Origin: Promethearchaeota archaeon
GTDB taxonomy: Archaea; Asgardarchaeota; Lokiarchaeia; Sigyniarchaeales; SOKP01
Assembly: GCA_019058365.1 (NCBI GenBank)
Contig: JAHPZE010000002.1
Span: 192,001-256,000, forward strand
Length of the DNA: 64,000 nucleotides
Reading direction: 5' to 3'
Shown piece by piece: positions 10,050 to 21,011 of this stretch. The notes beneath the pieces were generated by a model. It worked only from the letters and a program-made list of their open reading frames with translations. It was not told the DNA's origin and did no database searches. Position 1 is the first letter of the stretch; every line of letters begins with the position of its first letter. The position numbers and the translations under genes were made by a program.

Positions 10050-11786
10050 ATGGGTTTTAAACAAAAACCAATTTTTTTTATTTTTACATTACTTTCTATA
10101 AATAGACTTTACTTAGTTCGAGGAGATTATAAAATTATTGAAGAAGAGGAATTCATAGATTATACAGAATATTTAGATAAGATAAGAGAATATGAATCTA
10201 AGATTAAGCAATTAACTGATCCAATAGAGAAAGAAAAGAAAATTAAAGAAATGGTCTCAGGGGCTATTAATTTCTCTAATGAAATTGTTGAATCTGGAGA
10301 ATATTTTGAAGCAGGCGAATTTCTTTTCTCTGTTGCTGAAATAATGGAAAGTCTTGATTTTTCAGAAGCACTCAAATTATATAAGCAAATTATTGAACTC
10401 TATAAAAAATTAATTATTGATTATAAGCTTCAAGCGAAATTACATGAGATTGCTGAGTTATACTTACGAATAGCAGACATTTATCATGATAAAATAGTAG
10501 ATTTACATTCTGAAAAAAAAAATATATTGAATAGTATAAAATTTCTAAAGCAGGAAAGTAAACTTTTAAAGGAGTTCAATGAAACCAGAAAACTTGCCCA
10601 AAATTATCAAAATATAGCAGAATTGTTTTTAAAATTTTCAGATTATATGAATGCTATAAAATACTATGAGAAAGCTATCGCAATTTCAAAACATCATAAC
10701 TACTTTGATATGCTGTCTTTCTCTTATCAACAAATAGGATTATGTTATGAAGAAATCGATGATTATAACAAATCCCAAGATGTAATTTTGGATGGTGTTG
10801 AACACTTCTCAAATTTAGCAACTAAATATGAAGAAAAAAGTGATGGTTTAACTTTAGCTCAAATATATCAGATATTAAAGAATCTTTATCACATTTTGGA
10901 TAAAGCGGATCAATATACTATTTTCTCCAAGAAAGAAGCTGGAGCGTATATAGATCTAGCAGAAACTATAGAAAAAAATAAAGAAAACTTTCATAAAATT
11001 GCACGATATTACCGAGGTGCTGCGTTATGTTATCAAGACATTCAAAATAATTTAATTGAATGTGCTTCTTGTTTTGTATTAGCTGGAAATTTTTCAGAAA
11101 AAATTGAGGATTTTAACCAAGCTGCGATAAATCTTGTTGATGCAGCTAACGTATTTAAAGAATTGAAAAATTTTGATATGGCTTATAAACATTATGTTAA
11201 AGCAGGAGATAATTTTTGGAAAATTGGAAGTATAAACGAGTCCACAGAGAGTTATTTAAACGCCTATGATATCGCTATCGAAGGTGAATTAGAATTTAAC
11301 AGATTTGGGATTTTTAATCAAATAATTAGAGGATTAAATAAGATTGCTGAAGAAGGATTAAAAAATAAGCAATTTTTTACTGCTGCAACCCTTATTTTAG
11401 AAAGCATAAAATTTTATGAACAACTGGATACCGCAAAGGATTATCTTTTGAGAGAAATGGTTAATAATCTTTATCGCTACTATTATAGAGCTGCTAACCT
11501 TAAAAATATTGGCCATTCTCACATAGTTCAAAGCTATGTTCTCGCTTCCATCTCATGTATATTAAATGGAAATTTAGAAAAAGCATGGGAAATTATCTCT
11601 GAAATTGAAACCGAAGGGAACACAATTAGAAAATTCAAGGAAATTATAAGAATAATGATTGAACAAGTTTCCGAAGGGAAAGAAGTAGGATTAGAAGTTT
11701 TCCCCTACAATTTAAGAAGGTTAATAGAAAGCTCTGAAGAAATAACATTTCTTTTGAAATTATTTAAAGGATTTAAAATAATATAA
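10050..11786 (+). CDS. TPR / alpha-SNAP-like helical repeat protein (start probably near 10134)
   Basis: Repeats such as QAAINLVDAANVFKELKNFDMAYKHYVKAGD. Confidence 0.75.
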   Translation: MGFKQKPIFFIFTLLSINRLYLVRGDYKIIEEEEFIDYTEYLDKIREYESKIKQLTDPIEKEKKIKEMVSGAINFSNEIVESGEYFEAGEFLFSVAEIMESLDFSEALKLYKQIIELYKKLIIDYKLQAKLHEIAELYLRIADIYHDKIVDLHSEKKNILNSIKFLKQESKLLKEFNETRKLAQNYQNIAELFLKFSDYMNAIKYYEKAIAISKHHNYFDMLSFSYQQIGLCYEEIDDYNKSQDVILDGVEHFSNLATKYEEKSDGLTLAQIYQILKNLYHILDKADQYTIFSKKEAGAYIDLAETIEKNKENFHKIARYYRGAALCYQDIQNNLIECASCFVLAGNFSEKIEDFNQAAINLVDAANVFKELKNFDMAYKHYVKAGDNFWKIGSINESTESYLNAYDIAIEGELEFNRFGIFNQIIRGLNKIAEEGLKNKQFFTAATLILESIKFYEQLDTAKDYLLREMVNNLYRYYYRAANLKNIGHSHIVQSYVLASISCILNGNLEKAWEIISEIETEGNTIRKFKEIIRIMIEQVSEGKEVGLEVFPYNLRRLIESSEEITFLLKLFKGFKII

Positions 11787-11877
11787 ACCTACAATTTTGT
11801 ATAGTTTAATTGGATGGTTTATAAAGCTTAAATATTTAAAATGAATCCCTTATTTTAATTATAAGACTTTAAGAATA

Positions 11878-12546
11878 ATGAAAGTTAAGAAAAGTAAAAA
11901 TATCGTTTTAAGTTTCGACCTGGATAATACTTTAATTAATAACAGGGATGGCATTGTAGCTTCATTTAATTATGCATTAAATAAACATAACTTACCTATA
12001 TTGGAGAAAACAGAAATAGAACATATGATTGGAACGCCTTTAAATGAAATGTTTGATAGTGTCTCCAACTATGACTCTTCAAAATTAGTTATTGCGTTTA
12101 GAGAATATTATGGGACAAAAGGCATTTATCAAGCAAGTGTTTTACCCGGCATTAAGTCTAAATTAAAAGAATTATATGAATTGCCCTTCACCTTAGGAAT
12201 AATAACATCAAAAAAGCAAGAAATGGCGAAGAGAATCCTTGAAATTTTAAAGATTCAGAAATATTTTGATTATATTATAGGAGAAACAGAAAATACAAAG
12301 GAATTGGGAAAACTCGATCCAAAACTCAAATTAATGTTAGAAAAGAATTACCCTGAATATTATATTATAATCATTGGGGATCATCCTAAAGATGTTATAC
12401 TTTCCAACAACTTAAACTGTCCATTCATTGGAGTATTAACAGGAAACCATTCAGCAGAGCAATTAAAAGCGATAAAAAAAGGAAAAGTACAAATAATAAA
12501 TTCAGTTAGTGATTTGACTATTGATTTAATATTATCTTTAATTTAA
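11878..12546 (+). CDS. HAD-family hydrolase (phosphoglycolate phosphatase-like)
   Basis: FDLDNTL, ITSK, IGDHPKD. Confidence 0.88.
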   Translation: MKVKKSKNIVLSFDLDNTLINNRDGIVASFNYALNKHNLPILEKTEIEHMIGTPLNEMFDSVSNYDSSKLVIAFREYYGTKGIYQASVLPGIKSKLKELYELPFTLGIITSKKQEMAKRILEILKIQKYFDYIIGETENTKELGKLDPKLKLMLEKNYPEYYIIIIGDHPKDVILSNNLNCPFIGVLTGNHSAEQLKAIKKGKVQIINSVSDLTIDLILSLI

Positions 12547-12614
12547 ATCAGATGTTCTAATTTTAGATATCTGTAATAAAAAAGAGAAAAAAAGTAATTA
12601 TTTTTAACAACGCT

Positions 12615-14072
12615 TTATTCTTTTGACCAAGATTCATATTCTTTCATAAATTCCTCTGGTTTCCATTGAGTATCCATATACTTCGGGATTCCAGAACTAT
12701 CTCTAGGTCCTACAACTACAAATGCATCTGCTTCATCTTCTAAGGCTCCACTCAAACGAGCAGCCATGCCTGGAATAATAAGAATTCTATGCTTTACTTT
12801 ATCAAAAGCCCCAAATTCCTTCACGGCTTCAGCTATTGAACCCGCATTAAATTGACCCCCTGCAACAGCGCTTTCAATTCCTATCCCCTCACTATCGACT
12901 ACTAAAAGCCAACAACTTAAGTTAGCTCCTTGCAGATCTTGTTCGACGGGGATTTTAGTCATTCTATAATTACTAGTAACGAATATTGGAGCCATATCTC
13001 CGGGTTCTCCAATCTTATACATACCTGGGTCTACAGCGGGGTAAATTCTTGGGTCAGAAAATACACTTTGTCGTAAAGTCATCAAGGCTAAAAGTGCCCA
13101 GATCTCTTCCTTCTTCTGACCGGTGTGCAATACTAACATATTTGCATCTATAGACTCCATTATAGCTCCCATTATCACTTCTTGATATTGATGTTCCCAT
13201 AATTCTTTATCATTTCCAATCTTTACTTGGCTCCAATAAGCTGCGGGTACACCCATAACTGGCCAACAAGCATTTTTATCTTCTTTATTTATTGCTCCTG
13301 TCCTTAATTGCATAATCCTATCATAAGTTACAGAAAGATTCCCGGGTCCAAAATAAGTTCCTGGATCTAATACCATCTCTTTCACTCCTAATTTCTGTAG
13401 GGTAGCACTCAAAGATACTAACTCATCTAAATTACTAGAAGTAATAGCAACAGGTAAGTTATTTTGTATAGCAAATTTCCCAATTTCCTCCCAAGTATTT
13501 TTTGTAATAGCATAAAGTAAGGGTTTTTTATCCTTAATTTCTTCAGCAGCAGTTAATAATATTTCAGTATTAAAACTACATAGCATAATAGGAAGATTTG
13601 AGAGCTCTGTTACTTTTTTAGCTGCTAACTTAAATTGATCTTTATCTCCGGAAACATTTCTTAAAGCAATACCATCAAGAGTAAGGACATCTCCAATCCT
13701 TTCAATTTTAAGATCTGAAAGGTATTTGATAATATTTTCTAAATCAATGTCGTCATCTGCAATTTCAACAAAGAGAGTTGTTTGGTTATAAAATGTTAAT
13801 TGATGCCTCATCAAAACCTCTTCTCCCCCGATTGTAGCTGTCCTATCTCCAATACCAATAGTTACAGTTTTTTGAGGAGGAGTTAAAAGTTTAATAAGTT
13901 TCTCTCTATTTTTTGCTTGTTTTGGATCTTGGATTAAATGAGTACAATCTTGAACTGTTACCTTTCTTTCCAATGTATCTGTCGCAAAAGCCATACATGT
14001 GTCATATCCGCAATCTTTACAATTCGATTTATCCAAAAGGGCATAAATCTCTAACGGACTTGGTCTAGCCAT
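12615..14072 (-). CDS. cdhE: Acetyl-CoA decarbonylase/synthase gamma subunit (CFeSP large subunit)
   Basis: N-terminal CKDCGYDTCMAFA Fe-S motif, GGEEVLMRH, IIPGMAA...VGPRDS. Confidence 0.92.
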   Translation of the reverse strand: MARPSPLEIYALLDKSNCKDCGYDTCMAFATDTLERKVTVQDCTHLIQDPKQAKNREKLIKLLTPPQKTVTIGIGDRTATIGGEEVLMRHQLTFYNQTTLFVEIADDDIDLENIIKYLSDLKIERIGDVLTLDGIALRNVSGDKDQFKLAAKKVTELSNLPIMLCSFNTEILLTAAEEIKDKKPLLYAITKNTWEEIGKFAIQNNLPVAITSSNLDELVSLSATLQKLGVKEMVLDPGTYFGPGNLSVTYDRIMQLRTGAINKEDKNACWPVMGVPAAYWSQVKIGNDKELWEHQYQEVIMGAIMESIDANMLVLHTGQKKEEIWALLALMTLRQSVFSDPRIYPAVDPGMYKIGEPGDMAPIFVTSNYRMTKIPVEQDLQGANLSCWLLVVDSEGIGIESAVAGGQFNAGSIAEAVKEFGAFDKVKHRILIIPGMAARLSGALEDEADAFVVVGPRDSSGIPKYMDTQWKPEEFMKEYESWSKE

Positions 14073-14259
14073 TTCATTTTCTCCAAATTCTTTTTTAATC
14101 AGTAGTAAATATTCACTAAGTATGGGTACTCTAATTGTAAATTTAATTAAAAATTTGGTTTTTTTAAAACAATTATACCTCTAACTCCTTTTATCTTGAT
14201 TCAATTTCTAAAATAAGATATTAGAAAATTATTAAAAAATTTTTAAATTTACTTAGTTA

Positions 14260-15696
14260 ATGGTTAATGATCAAAAATTTTTTGAAGATCTTAATTCTTT
14301 ATTTTACCCTGAACATATTGCATTTATTGGAGCATCAGAAAGCTCTAGATTGGGCTCAATGTTGTATTTACCAGCTTTTAAGGATTCAATATGGTCCGAA
14401 ACTTTTTATCCCATAAATCCAAAATATAATGAAGTAATGGGTTGGAAATGTTATGCTTCTGTTTTAGATGTTCCATATCCTGTCGATACGGCTTATATCT
14501 CATTGAAGACTAAATTTATCTCAAGAGCTCTGAAAGAATGCGTGGAAAAAGGAATAAAATGGGTAATAATTTTTGCGTCAGGCTTTTCTGAAACGGGAGC
14601 TTCTGAAGGAAAACAATTAGAAGTAGAACTCTTAAAAATTATTAAAGGGTCTAATACAAGGGTAATTGGACCAAATTGCTTAGGCCCATTAAACGCAGAA
14701 AATGGAATGGCATTCTCATTTGCATCTCAAGGAAAATATGGGAGCGTATCTTTTATGTCCCAATCTGGAGGGCATCTAACTCAATTAGTTAACGTTGGAT
14801 ATGAACGAGATATTAGATTCCGTTATGGTATTAGTTTCGGTAATCAAATTGATTTGAATTGCGTGGATTTTATAAGATATTATAGTCAAAATTCACAAAC
14901 AAATCTTATTGCTGCTTATTTAGAATCTTCTGGTTCAGCTTCAGGGCATGAATTATTTTTAGAACTTAGAAAAGCAACTAAAATCAAACCAGTAATTTTA
15001 TGGAAGGGAGGATATACTAAAGATGGATCTCGTGCTGCTTTTTCTCATACTGGTGCAATAGCTTCAAATGATATATTATGGAAATCAATGGCTAAACAAA
15101 CGGGTACTACTCTTGTTAAAGATAATGATGAATTTTGGAGTACAATAAAAACTTTTGAACTATTATATCCACAATATCGGCCTAAAGGACGAAATGTGGG
15201 AATAATAACTCCAGGAGGCGGGTCTTCTGTTAATATCACTGATTTATTCGCATCTCAAAACCTTAAGATACCAGATTTAACTGCTGAATCACAGGCTAAA
15301 ATTGCTAAAGTACTGCCATATGTTAATGTAAATATTAAAAATCCTGTTGATTTAGGTGCATCGGGGTTTATCTTAAATCCCTTTACGGATTGTATAGATA
15401 TTGTGGTTAATGATCCAAACATTGACATAATTATAATACCACTTTGGCCTGACCATATTTATCGGTACGTTTTTAATAGAATGATAAAATGTTTTGAATC
15501 AACCTTAAAACCTTTTGCGTTTTGTTTACCAAGTATTTCCGACGATATTAATCTAGCAAAAAGATTTAATGCAGTTAAAAAGTTATTACATAAGAAACGA
15601 GTTCTCTATTTCTTATCTTTGAGAGACGCGGCAAAAAGTATCTCATTTTTATGTGATTATATAGACTTTCTAAAATCTCATAAAATCTCGAATTAA
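14260..15696 (+). CDS. Acyl-CoA synthetase (NDP-forming) alpha-like CoA-binding protein
   Basis: IGAS, GFSE, IGPNCLG, SQSGG, SHTGAIA, NPVDL. Confidence 0.88.
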   Translation: MVNDQKFFEDLNSLFYPEHIAFIGASESSRLGSMLYLPAFKDSIWSETFYPINPKYNEVMGWKCYASVLDVPYPVDTAYISLKTKFISRALKECVEKGIKWVIIFASGFSETGASEGKQLEVELLKIIKGSNTRVIGPNCLGPLNAENGMAFSFASQGKYGSVSFMSQSGGHLTQLVNVGYERDIRFRYGISFGNQIDLNCVDFIRYYSQNSQTNLIAAYLESSGSASGHELFLELRKATKIKPVILWKGGYTKDGSRAAFSHTGAIASNDILWKSMAKQTGTTLVKDNDEFWSTIKTFELLYPQYRPKGRNVGIITPGGGSSVNITDLFASQNLKIPDLTAESQAKIAKVLPYVNVNIKNPVDLGASGFILNPFTDCIDIVVNDPNIDIIIIPLWPDHIYRYVFNRMIKCFESTLKPFAFCLPSISDDINLAKRFNAVKKLLHKKRVLYFLSLRDAAKSISFLCDYIDFLKSHKISN

Positions 15697-15722
15697 AAAT
15701 AAAAAATAAATCAGTTTTTTAT

Positions 15723-16064
15723 CTATTTTTCTTTAGAAATTTTTTCTAAATATAATTTCATAAAAAATCTTTGACTATTACAGTAAGCAAATTTCTGTTT
15801 TTGACTAAGATCTTTAGAATTCTTTAAAATATAATGTATTTCTTTAATCATTTCAAAATGATTATCTATAATAGTCTCATTTATCTGCTTAAGGATACTT
15901 TTATTCTTTTTTATTAAATTATTTTTGTCTAATTTGTGTTCAAAATAATTACTTTTTTGTAAATTATAATTAGTTAAAATAGCCGATTCATCAAATCTAA
16001 GACTATTTTCAACATTTTTAAGATAAGTTCCTTCTAATTTTCCTGAACTCATTCCGTTTACCAT
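15723..16064 (-). CDS. Hypothetical protein
   Basis: 113-aa ORF with ATG, no recognisable motif. Confidence 0.55.
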   Translation of the reverse strand: MVNGMSSGKLEGTYLKNVENSLRFDESAILTNYNLQKSNYFEHKLDKNNLIKKNKSILKQINETIIDNHFEMIKEIHYILKNSKDLSQKQKFAYCNSQRFFMKLYLEKISKEK

Positions 16065-16412
16065 AAATTTTACTAATACTATTATTTTACTTATATTAAT
16101 TTCAGAGTAGCGATACTATTAACCCATTAATACATTAGCATTATTATTAAAATCAAAAATTCCCGAATTTATCATTAAAAGGAGAGGATAAGGATAACAA
16201 AATTCAAATTAAATATAAAAAGAGATTATTAAAGGCGAAATCCAATGTAAGAGTGAAAATTTTGTTTCCCTTCCTAATTAACAGTTTGACTTAAACTATA
16301 AAAATGGAACAAAATTTTGATTAGGCAAAGATAGACATTTAGGAATTATGAAAACTTTGTCTTTTTTATGAAACATAGAAAAAAAATGAAATCTTAAAAC
16401 TTCAATCTTTCT

Positions 16413-17006
16413 TTAGTAATATTCTATTTTTGATAGAAGTAAAGCGAAGAACCCGTAAAATAGGATATTTATTATACAACTTATAATAGCAAATATAAGA
16501 AGTTGCTCAAAAGATGCCAAAAAGTACAAACTCAATAATGCAGTTTGAGTAACAGGGCTCAACAAAGCTGCGATAATTACTGTTGCTGTACTTATAACTG
16601 CTGTTAAACTCCATGCCCCAAAACATTGAATTTTACTTTCACCGAACCTTCCAGCAAGAATCGCTGCTATAATTGGAGTAATTAAATATCCTAACCAAAT
16701 TAGGAAGATTTCCAAAACAAAACTTCCTAACAATGGTTGAAATAATATGTAATTAAAAATTAAAGTCGGTGTACTAGCAATTGAACCAAATAGATAAAAT
16801 ATAAGCTTTAAAGGAGCATAATTGGGCGAAGCCGGATTGAAAATATCAAGTAAAACCGCAATTCCAGGACCAAATGCTAAAGAAAGAATTGCAAAGACAA
16901 AGTTTAACCCCACAAATGCTACTAAACTCAATAAAAATGCTTTACCAAATGCCATTTCTGTTAGACTCTTTTTTATGTATATATTATTATATCTTATTAT
17001 CTTCAA
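16413..17006 (-). CDS. Membrane protein (true start probably ATG at 16955)
   Basis: About five hydrophobic segments. Confidence 0.7.
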   Translation of the reverse strand: MKIIRYNNIYIKKSLTEMAFGKAFLLSLVAFVGLNFVFAILSLAFGPGIAVLLDIFNPASPNYAPLKLIFYLFGSIASTPTLIFNYILFQPLLGSFVLEIFLIWLGYLITPIIAAILAGRFGESKIQCFGAWSLTAVISTATVIIAALLSPVTQTALLSLYFLASFEQLLIFAIISCIINILFYGFFALLLSKIEYY

Positions 17007-17231
17007 GGAAGAGATTAATTTTAAATTTTAGGATAAATTTCAATTGAATTTTAAATCTTTTTACTTTCCTCTTAGATAATAAATAATAGGTAGAATTTAG
17101 TATCATCTTTAATTTCTGCTAAATTATATGATAATTTTACCTTCAATCAATCAAAATATTGTAAAGATGGATTTAAGAGAAGATTTGCTGAAAATTTTAA
17201 TAAATCATGAAATCCTAACAAGACTATAACA

Positions 17232-18260
17232 ATGAATAGAGTTAATGAAAAATTTACTCTTGGAAAGCTTAAACACAAGTTTTTAGCTCAGTTGCTCTCA
17301 AATATTGAAATAAATGATAATAGGGTAATTATGGGATCTAAAATAGGTGAAGATGCAGCAGTTATAGATATACCAGGACCTAATTATTTAGTAGCTAAAA
17401 CAGACCCAATTACCTTTGCAACTAATAAGATTGGCTACTATGCAGTAATCGTGAATGTTAATGATCTTGTATGCACTGGAGCAAAGCCTAAATGGTTTCA
17501 ATCCACAATATTATTACCCGAAAAACTTACTACGAGTAGGATGATTAATAAGATATTCAAAAATATCCATGATACATGTAAATCGATGGATATAACTGTT
17601 GTTGGAGGGCATACAGAAATTACTCCCGGGCTTGAGAGGCCAATTGTAATTGGGTCCTTGATAGGAGAAGTTCCCAAGAATAAACTCGTACTCACTTCCG
17701 GAGCAAAACCAGAGGATGCACTTATTTTAACGAAAGGGATCTTTATAGAAGGTACATCAATTATAGGACGAGAGAAAGAAAAGGAGCTATTAAATCATGA
17801 GTTAGGTCATGAATTTATAAAAAGATGTCAGGATTATCTTTTCAATCCTGGAATATGTGTTTTTGAAGAAGCTCTCTTAGCAAATAATCATTTTAAAATA
17901 AAATCGATGCATGACCCAACCGAAGGTGGACTTTATACAGGCGTAGCTGAAATGACTATCGCCTCAAATACAGGTGTGGAAATTGAAGAAGGAAGAATTA
18001 AAATCTTACCAGAATCAGAAATATTAAGTAAAATATTTAGCCTTAATCCGTACAATACGATATCATCTGGATCCTTATTAATTGCTGTGAATCAAGAAGA
18101 TTCTTTTGGTTTAATCGATCTATTAAGAAGAAATAAAATATCTGCTGAACAAATAGGTAAATTTACTCCTAAAGATAAAGGATTATTGGTTAAAAAAGAA
18201 GATGGAAAAAAGGAACCACTTAGATACTCAGAAACAGACGAAATAACCAAAATTTTCTGA
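17232..18260 (+). CDS. AIR synthase-related (HypE/ThiL/PurM superfamily) protein
   Basis: GEDAAV, KTDPIT, NVNDL, GGHTE, MHDPTEGG. Confidence 0.88.
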   Translation: MNRVNEKFTLGKLKHKFLAQLLSNIEINDNRVIMGSKIGEDAAVIDIPGPNYLVAKTDPITFATNKIGYYAVIVNVNDLVCTGAKPKWFQSTILLPEKLTTSRMINKIFKNIHDTCKSMDITVVGGHTEITPGLERPIVIGSLIGEVPKNKLVLTSGAKPEDALILTKGIFIEGTSIIGREKEKELLNHELGHEFIKRCQDYLFNPGICVFEEALLANNHFKIKSMHDPTEGGLYTGVAEMTIASNTGVEIEEGRIKILPESEILSKIFSLNPYNTISSGSLLIAVNQEDSFGLIDLLRRNKISAEQIGKFTPKDKGLLVKKEDGKKEPLRYSETDEITKIF

Positions 18261-18432
18261 TACTCCTTAAAAAAGCAACTTAATTTTAATTTTTTATCAA
18301 GTCAAACATATTATTCCCAATTTAACTAAAATTTTTATTTTCAAAATTTTATTTTATAATATATATAGTATCAATTTCTTAGGGTTGTTTAAAACCCAAA
18401 AAACAATAGACTTATTAAATATTTGATCAAAG

Positions 18433-20355
18433 GTGGCTTATAAAGAATTAAAATATCTTTTTAAAAATCTTCAAGAGAGAGTCAATAAGCAAGATTTTAG
18501 CATAAAGTCTGTAAACCGCTTGTTATTTGAAATTTTAGAGAAGAATAATACTAAATTTGAAGAATTTAAAAATGATATCCGATTAAAATGGGAAGAATTT
18601 GAAAAAAAAAATAGAAACCGAGTAATTAAGAAAACATTTACTTCATTTTTCTATGAAACTTTTCATGAGCTATTTAGTTATTTTTTAAATATGTTTTTTG
18701 GTTTTGATAAAAATTCCTTAAAGCTAATTAATAAAGAAAAAATATCTGAAAAAATAATTTTTTTTGATTATAACTATACTCTAAATCCAAATGAAGAGGA
18801 CTCAATTGTTAAAAGTTCAGGGGAATTTCAAGTAGATGTATTGTATGGATTTTCTGTTACTACGGGATATCTTTATTTTCTTGTTCGCCTGTTAGGAATT
18901 GTTATTAGAAATACAATTCAGAAAAAAATCTTTATTTTACTTGATGCAGTTATAGAGAAAGACAGAGAGGCAAATAAGAATTTGAATTTTATGATAATCA
19001 TTAAAGATAGTAAGGATGAAATTTTCAATTATTATTATAATATGGTTTTATATTATTTCTTAAGACAATTTAAAGGGATTCCTAAAGAATTTTATGAGAA
19101 ATTGTTAGAAGGAAGAGAAAAATTATACCAGGTCGCTTTAAACGAATATTATCTATCAAAAGAAAAATTAGTTGATTTACTATATTATTTTTATAAAAAA
19201 TGTAATTTATTACAGAGTTTCTCACCCTTATTAGACTTTTTTAATTTTGTAGGAGCTAGAGTAGAGGATTCTGTTTTTTCTAAAGTTGATATTATTAAGA
19301 AAGAATTCCTAATTAACCTTGATTATTCTACAGAGAAAAAAAATACTATTATCAAATTCTTCGATTATCTTGATAAGACATCAACCCTATATTCAACCTT
19401 TCAAGCAAACAATCTGCCATCTCCAAAATCGCAATTAAATCTATTTTTATTATATATGAAATATTACTTTGGTAGTGGACTGGAGGCTTTAGAAGTGGGG
19501 GATTTATTATTTTTACCTGAAATTTTTAAAGTAACATTAAATCAATATAATAAAACTATAGAGGATGTGATTGGAGCTAATTCTATCAACAATATTAAAG
19601 AATTTATAAATTTCCTGTCAGCTTTGTCAAATATTAAAAACATCAATCTCTTTTTTCAAAAGATCTTTAAAAAAAATATTTCTCAATTAAATTATGGCTT
19701 TTTTAGGACATTTCTAAAAAGTTTAAATTCAAATTTTTCTCAGAACTTAGCTAAAGAAAATAAAATTCTATGTGAAGATCCACAAAATACACCATTTACA
19801 TTTAATATTATTGTTGACCATATATGCAGAATTCTCTATGTATTGATTGATAAAATTTTTATGAGATCCTCACCAGATATTGCATCTAACAATTTCATTG
19901 ATCCACGTAGTCGATATATTGGAAAAAATATTGCTTTAAGAGTGTTAGAACTCTTTGTTTTTCAAGATATAAATTATTCTGATGATGTGTGGCCAGATTA
20001 TATTATCAGTTTAAACAGAGAACCCATTAAGAATGAGTTGAAAAAGTTTAACATAGAAATTCCTGACAAATATTTCTACTCAGTTGAGGAATTAGTCCAA
20101 ATAATGGTAACCTATAATATCCAATCTTTTTCTGATCAACCTTATTTCGAAGAATGGTTAATACATGAGATTATCATTCCACTTAATGATTTAATTCAAA
20201 ATATTCGAAATTCAGTAGGAGATCCCGCAAAAGAACTTGATGTATATGAAAAATTAAGTGAATATTTCCTATTAAATATAAAAGATGAGCAAATTATTAA
20301 GGATTTTAAATTCTTATGTCAACAATTTGCCCCGTTTTGGAAACATGTTGAGTAA
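18433..20355 (+). CDS. Hypothetical protein (large, helical)
   Basis: 640-aa ORF, no recognised motif. Confidence 0.7.
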   Translation: MAYKELKYLFKNLQERVNKQDFSIKSVNRLLFEILEKNNTKFEEFKNDIRLKWEEFEKKNRNRVIKKTFTSFFYETFHELFSYFLNMFFGFDKNSLKLINKEKISEKIIFFDYNYTLNPNEEDSIVKSSGEFQVDVLYGFSVTTGYLYFLVRLLGIVIRNTIQKKIFILLDAVIEKDREANKNLNFMIIIKDSKDEIFNYYYNMVLYYFLRQFKGIPKEFYEKLLEGREKLYQVALNEYYLSKEKLVDLLYYFYKKCNLLQSFSPLLDFFNFVGARVEDSVFSKVDIIKKEFLINLDYSTEKKNTIIKFFDYLDKTSTLYSTFQANNLPSPKSQLNLFLLYMKYYFGSGLEALEVGDLLFLPEIFKVTLNQYNKTIEDVIGANSINNIKEFINFLSALSNIKNINLFFQKIFKKNISQLNYGFFRTFLKSLNSNFSQNLAKENKILCEDPQNTPFTFNIIVDHICRILYVLIDKIFMRSSPDIASNNFIDPRSRYIGKNIALRVLELFVFQDINYSDDVWPDYIISLNREPIKNELKKFNIEIPDKYFYSVEELVQIMVTYNIQSFSDQPYFEEWLIHEIIIPLNDLIQNIRNSVGDPAKELDVYEKLSEYFLLNIKDEQIIKDFKFLCQQFAPFWKHVE

Positions 20356-20370
20356 TTTTAATATCATTTT

Positions 20371-20919
20371 TTACGTAATATTAAATATTTCTAAAAATCT
20401 CGAAAATTGACTCTCTATATCTACTATTGGTAAATCTGAGATATTTTTATTATTTAAATCTTTGATACATATTACTCCAGAAACCATTTTAACGTCTTTA
20501 GTTAATTGTTCTTCAACTTCATTTAGATTGGATATACATAATACTGTAGGGTTATTTAAATTCCTAAATCCTTCTGTAAATACTATGTCTACTTTAAAAG
20601 GTCCATTTTTTAAGAACTTTAAAAGTACTTCCAGTCTAATTTCTTCCTTTTTTAAAAAAATTGCAGTCTCATTATTATCATTTTGAATCACAGAATAAGT
20701 AGCTCCAGCTTCAGTGAATTTATAAGAATCTTTTCCTTTCTTATCAACTGGATGGTGTTTTACATTCTTTATCACAGCAATATTATAATTAAGTCTTTTT
20801 TTTAATAATTTCATAGCTGTTGTAATGAAATTTGTTTTTCCAGAGCTGGAATATCCAATGACAGAAATAATATGAAAATTCATATTGTAATTTATTTTGG
20901 ATTCTTTTTCTATTTTCAT
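20371..20919 (-). CDS. mobB: Molybdopterin-guanine dinucleotide biosynthesis protein B
   Basis: GYSSSGKT, GKDSYKFTEAGA, DIVFTEGF. Confidence 0.88.
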   Translation of the reverse strand: MKIEKESKINYNMNFHIISVIGYSSSGKTNFITTAMKLLKKRLNYNIAVIKNVKHHPVDKKGKDSYKFTEAGATYSVIQNDNNETAIFLKKEEIRLEVLLKFLKNGPFKVDIVFTEGFRNLNNPTVLCISNLNEVEEQLTKDVKMVSGVICIKDLNNKNISDLPIVDIESQFSRFLEIFNIT

Positions 20920-21011
20920 TTATTTTAATGGAAAAAAAATATATTATTTTACTAGTTAATATTTATTTAAATAAGATTTTTCTCTAGAATTCAAAATATC
21001 TTTGAAAATTA

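Noticed and set aside
16257-16318. AAAATTTTGTTTCC / GGAACAAAATTTT inverted repeat
   Set aside because: Low-complexity AT-rich match, plausible by chance
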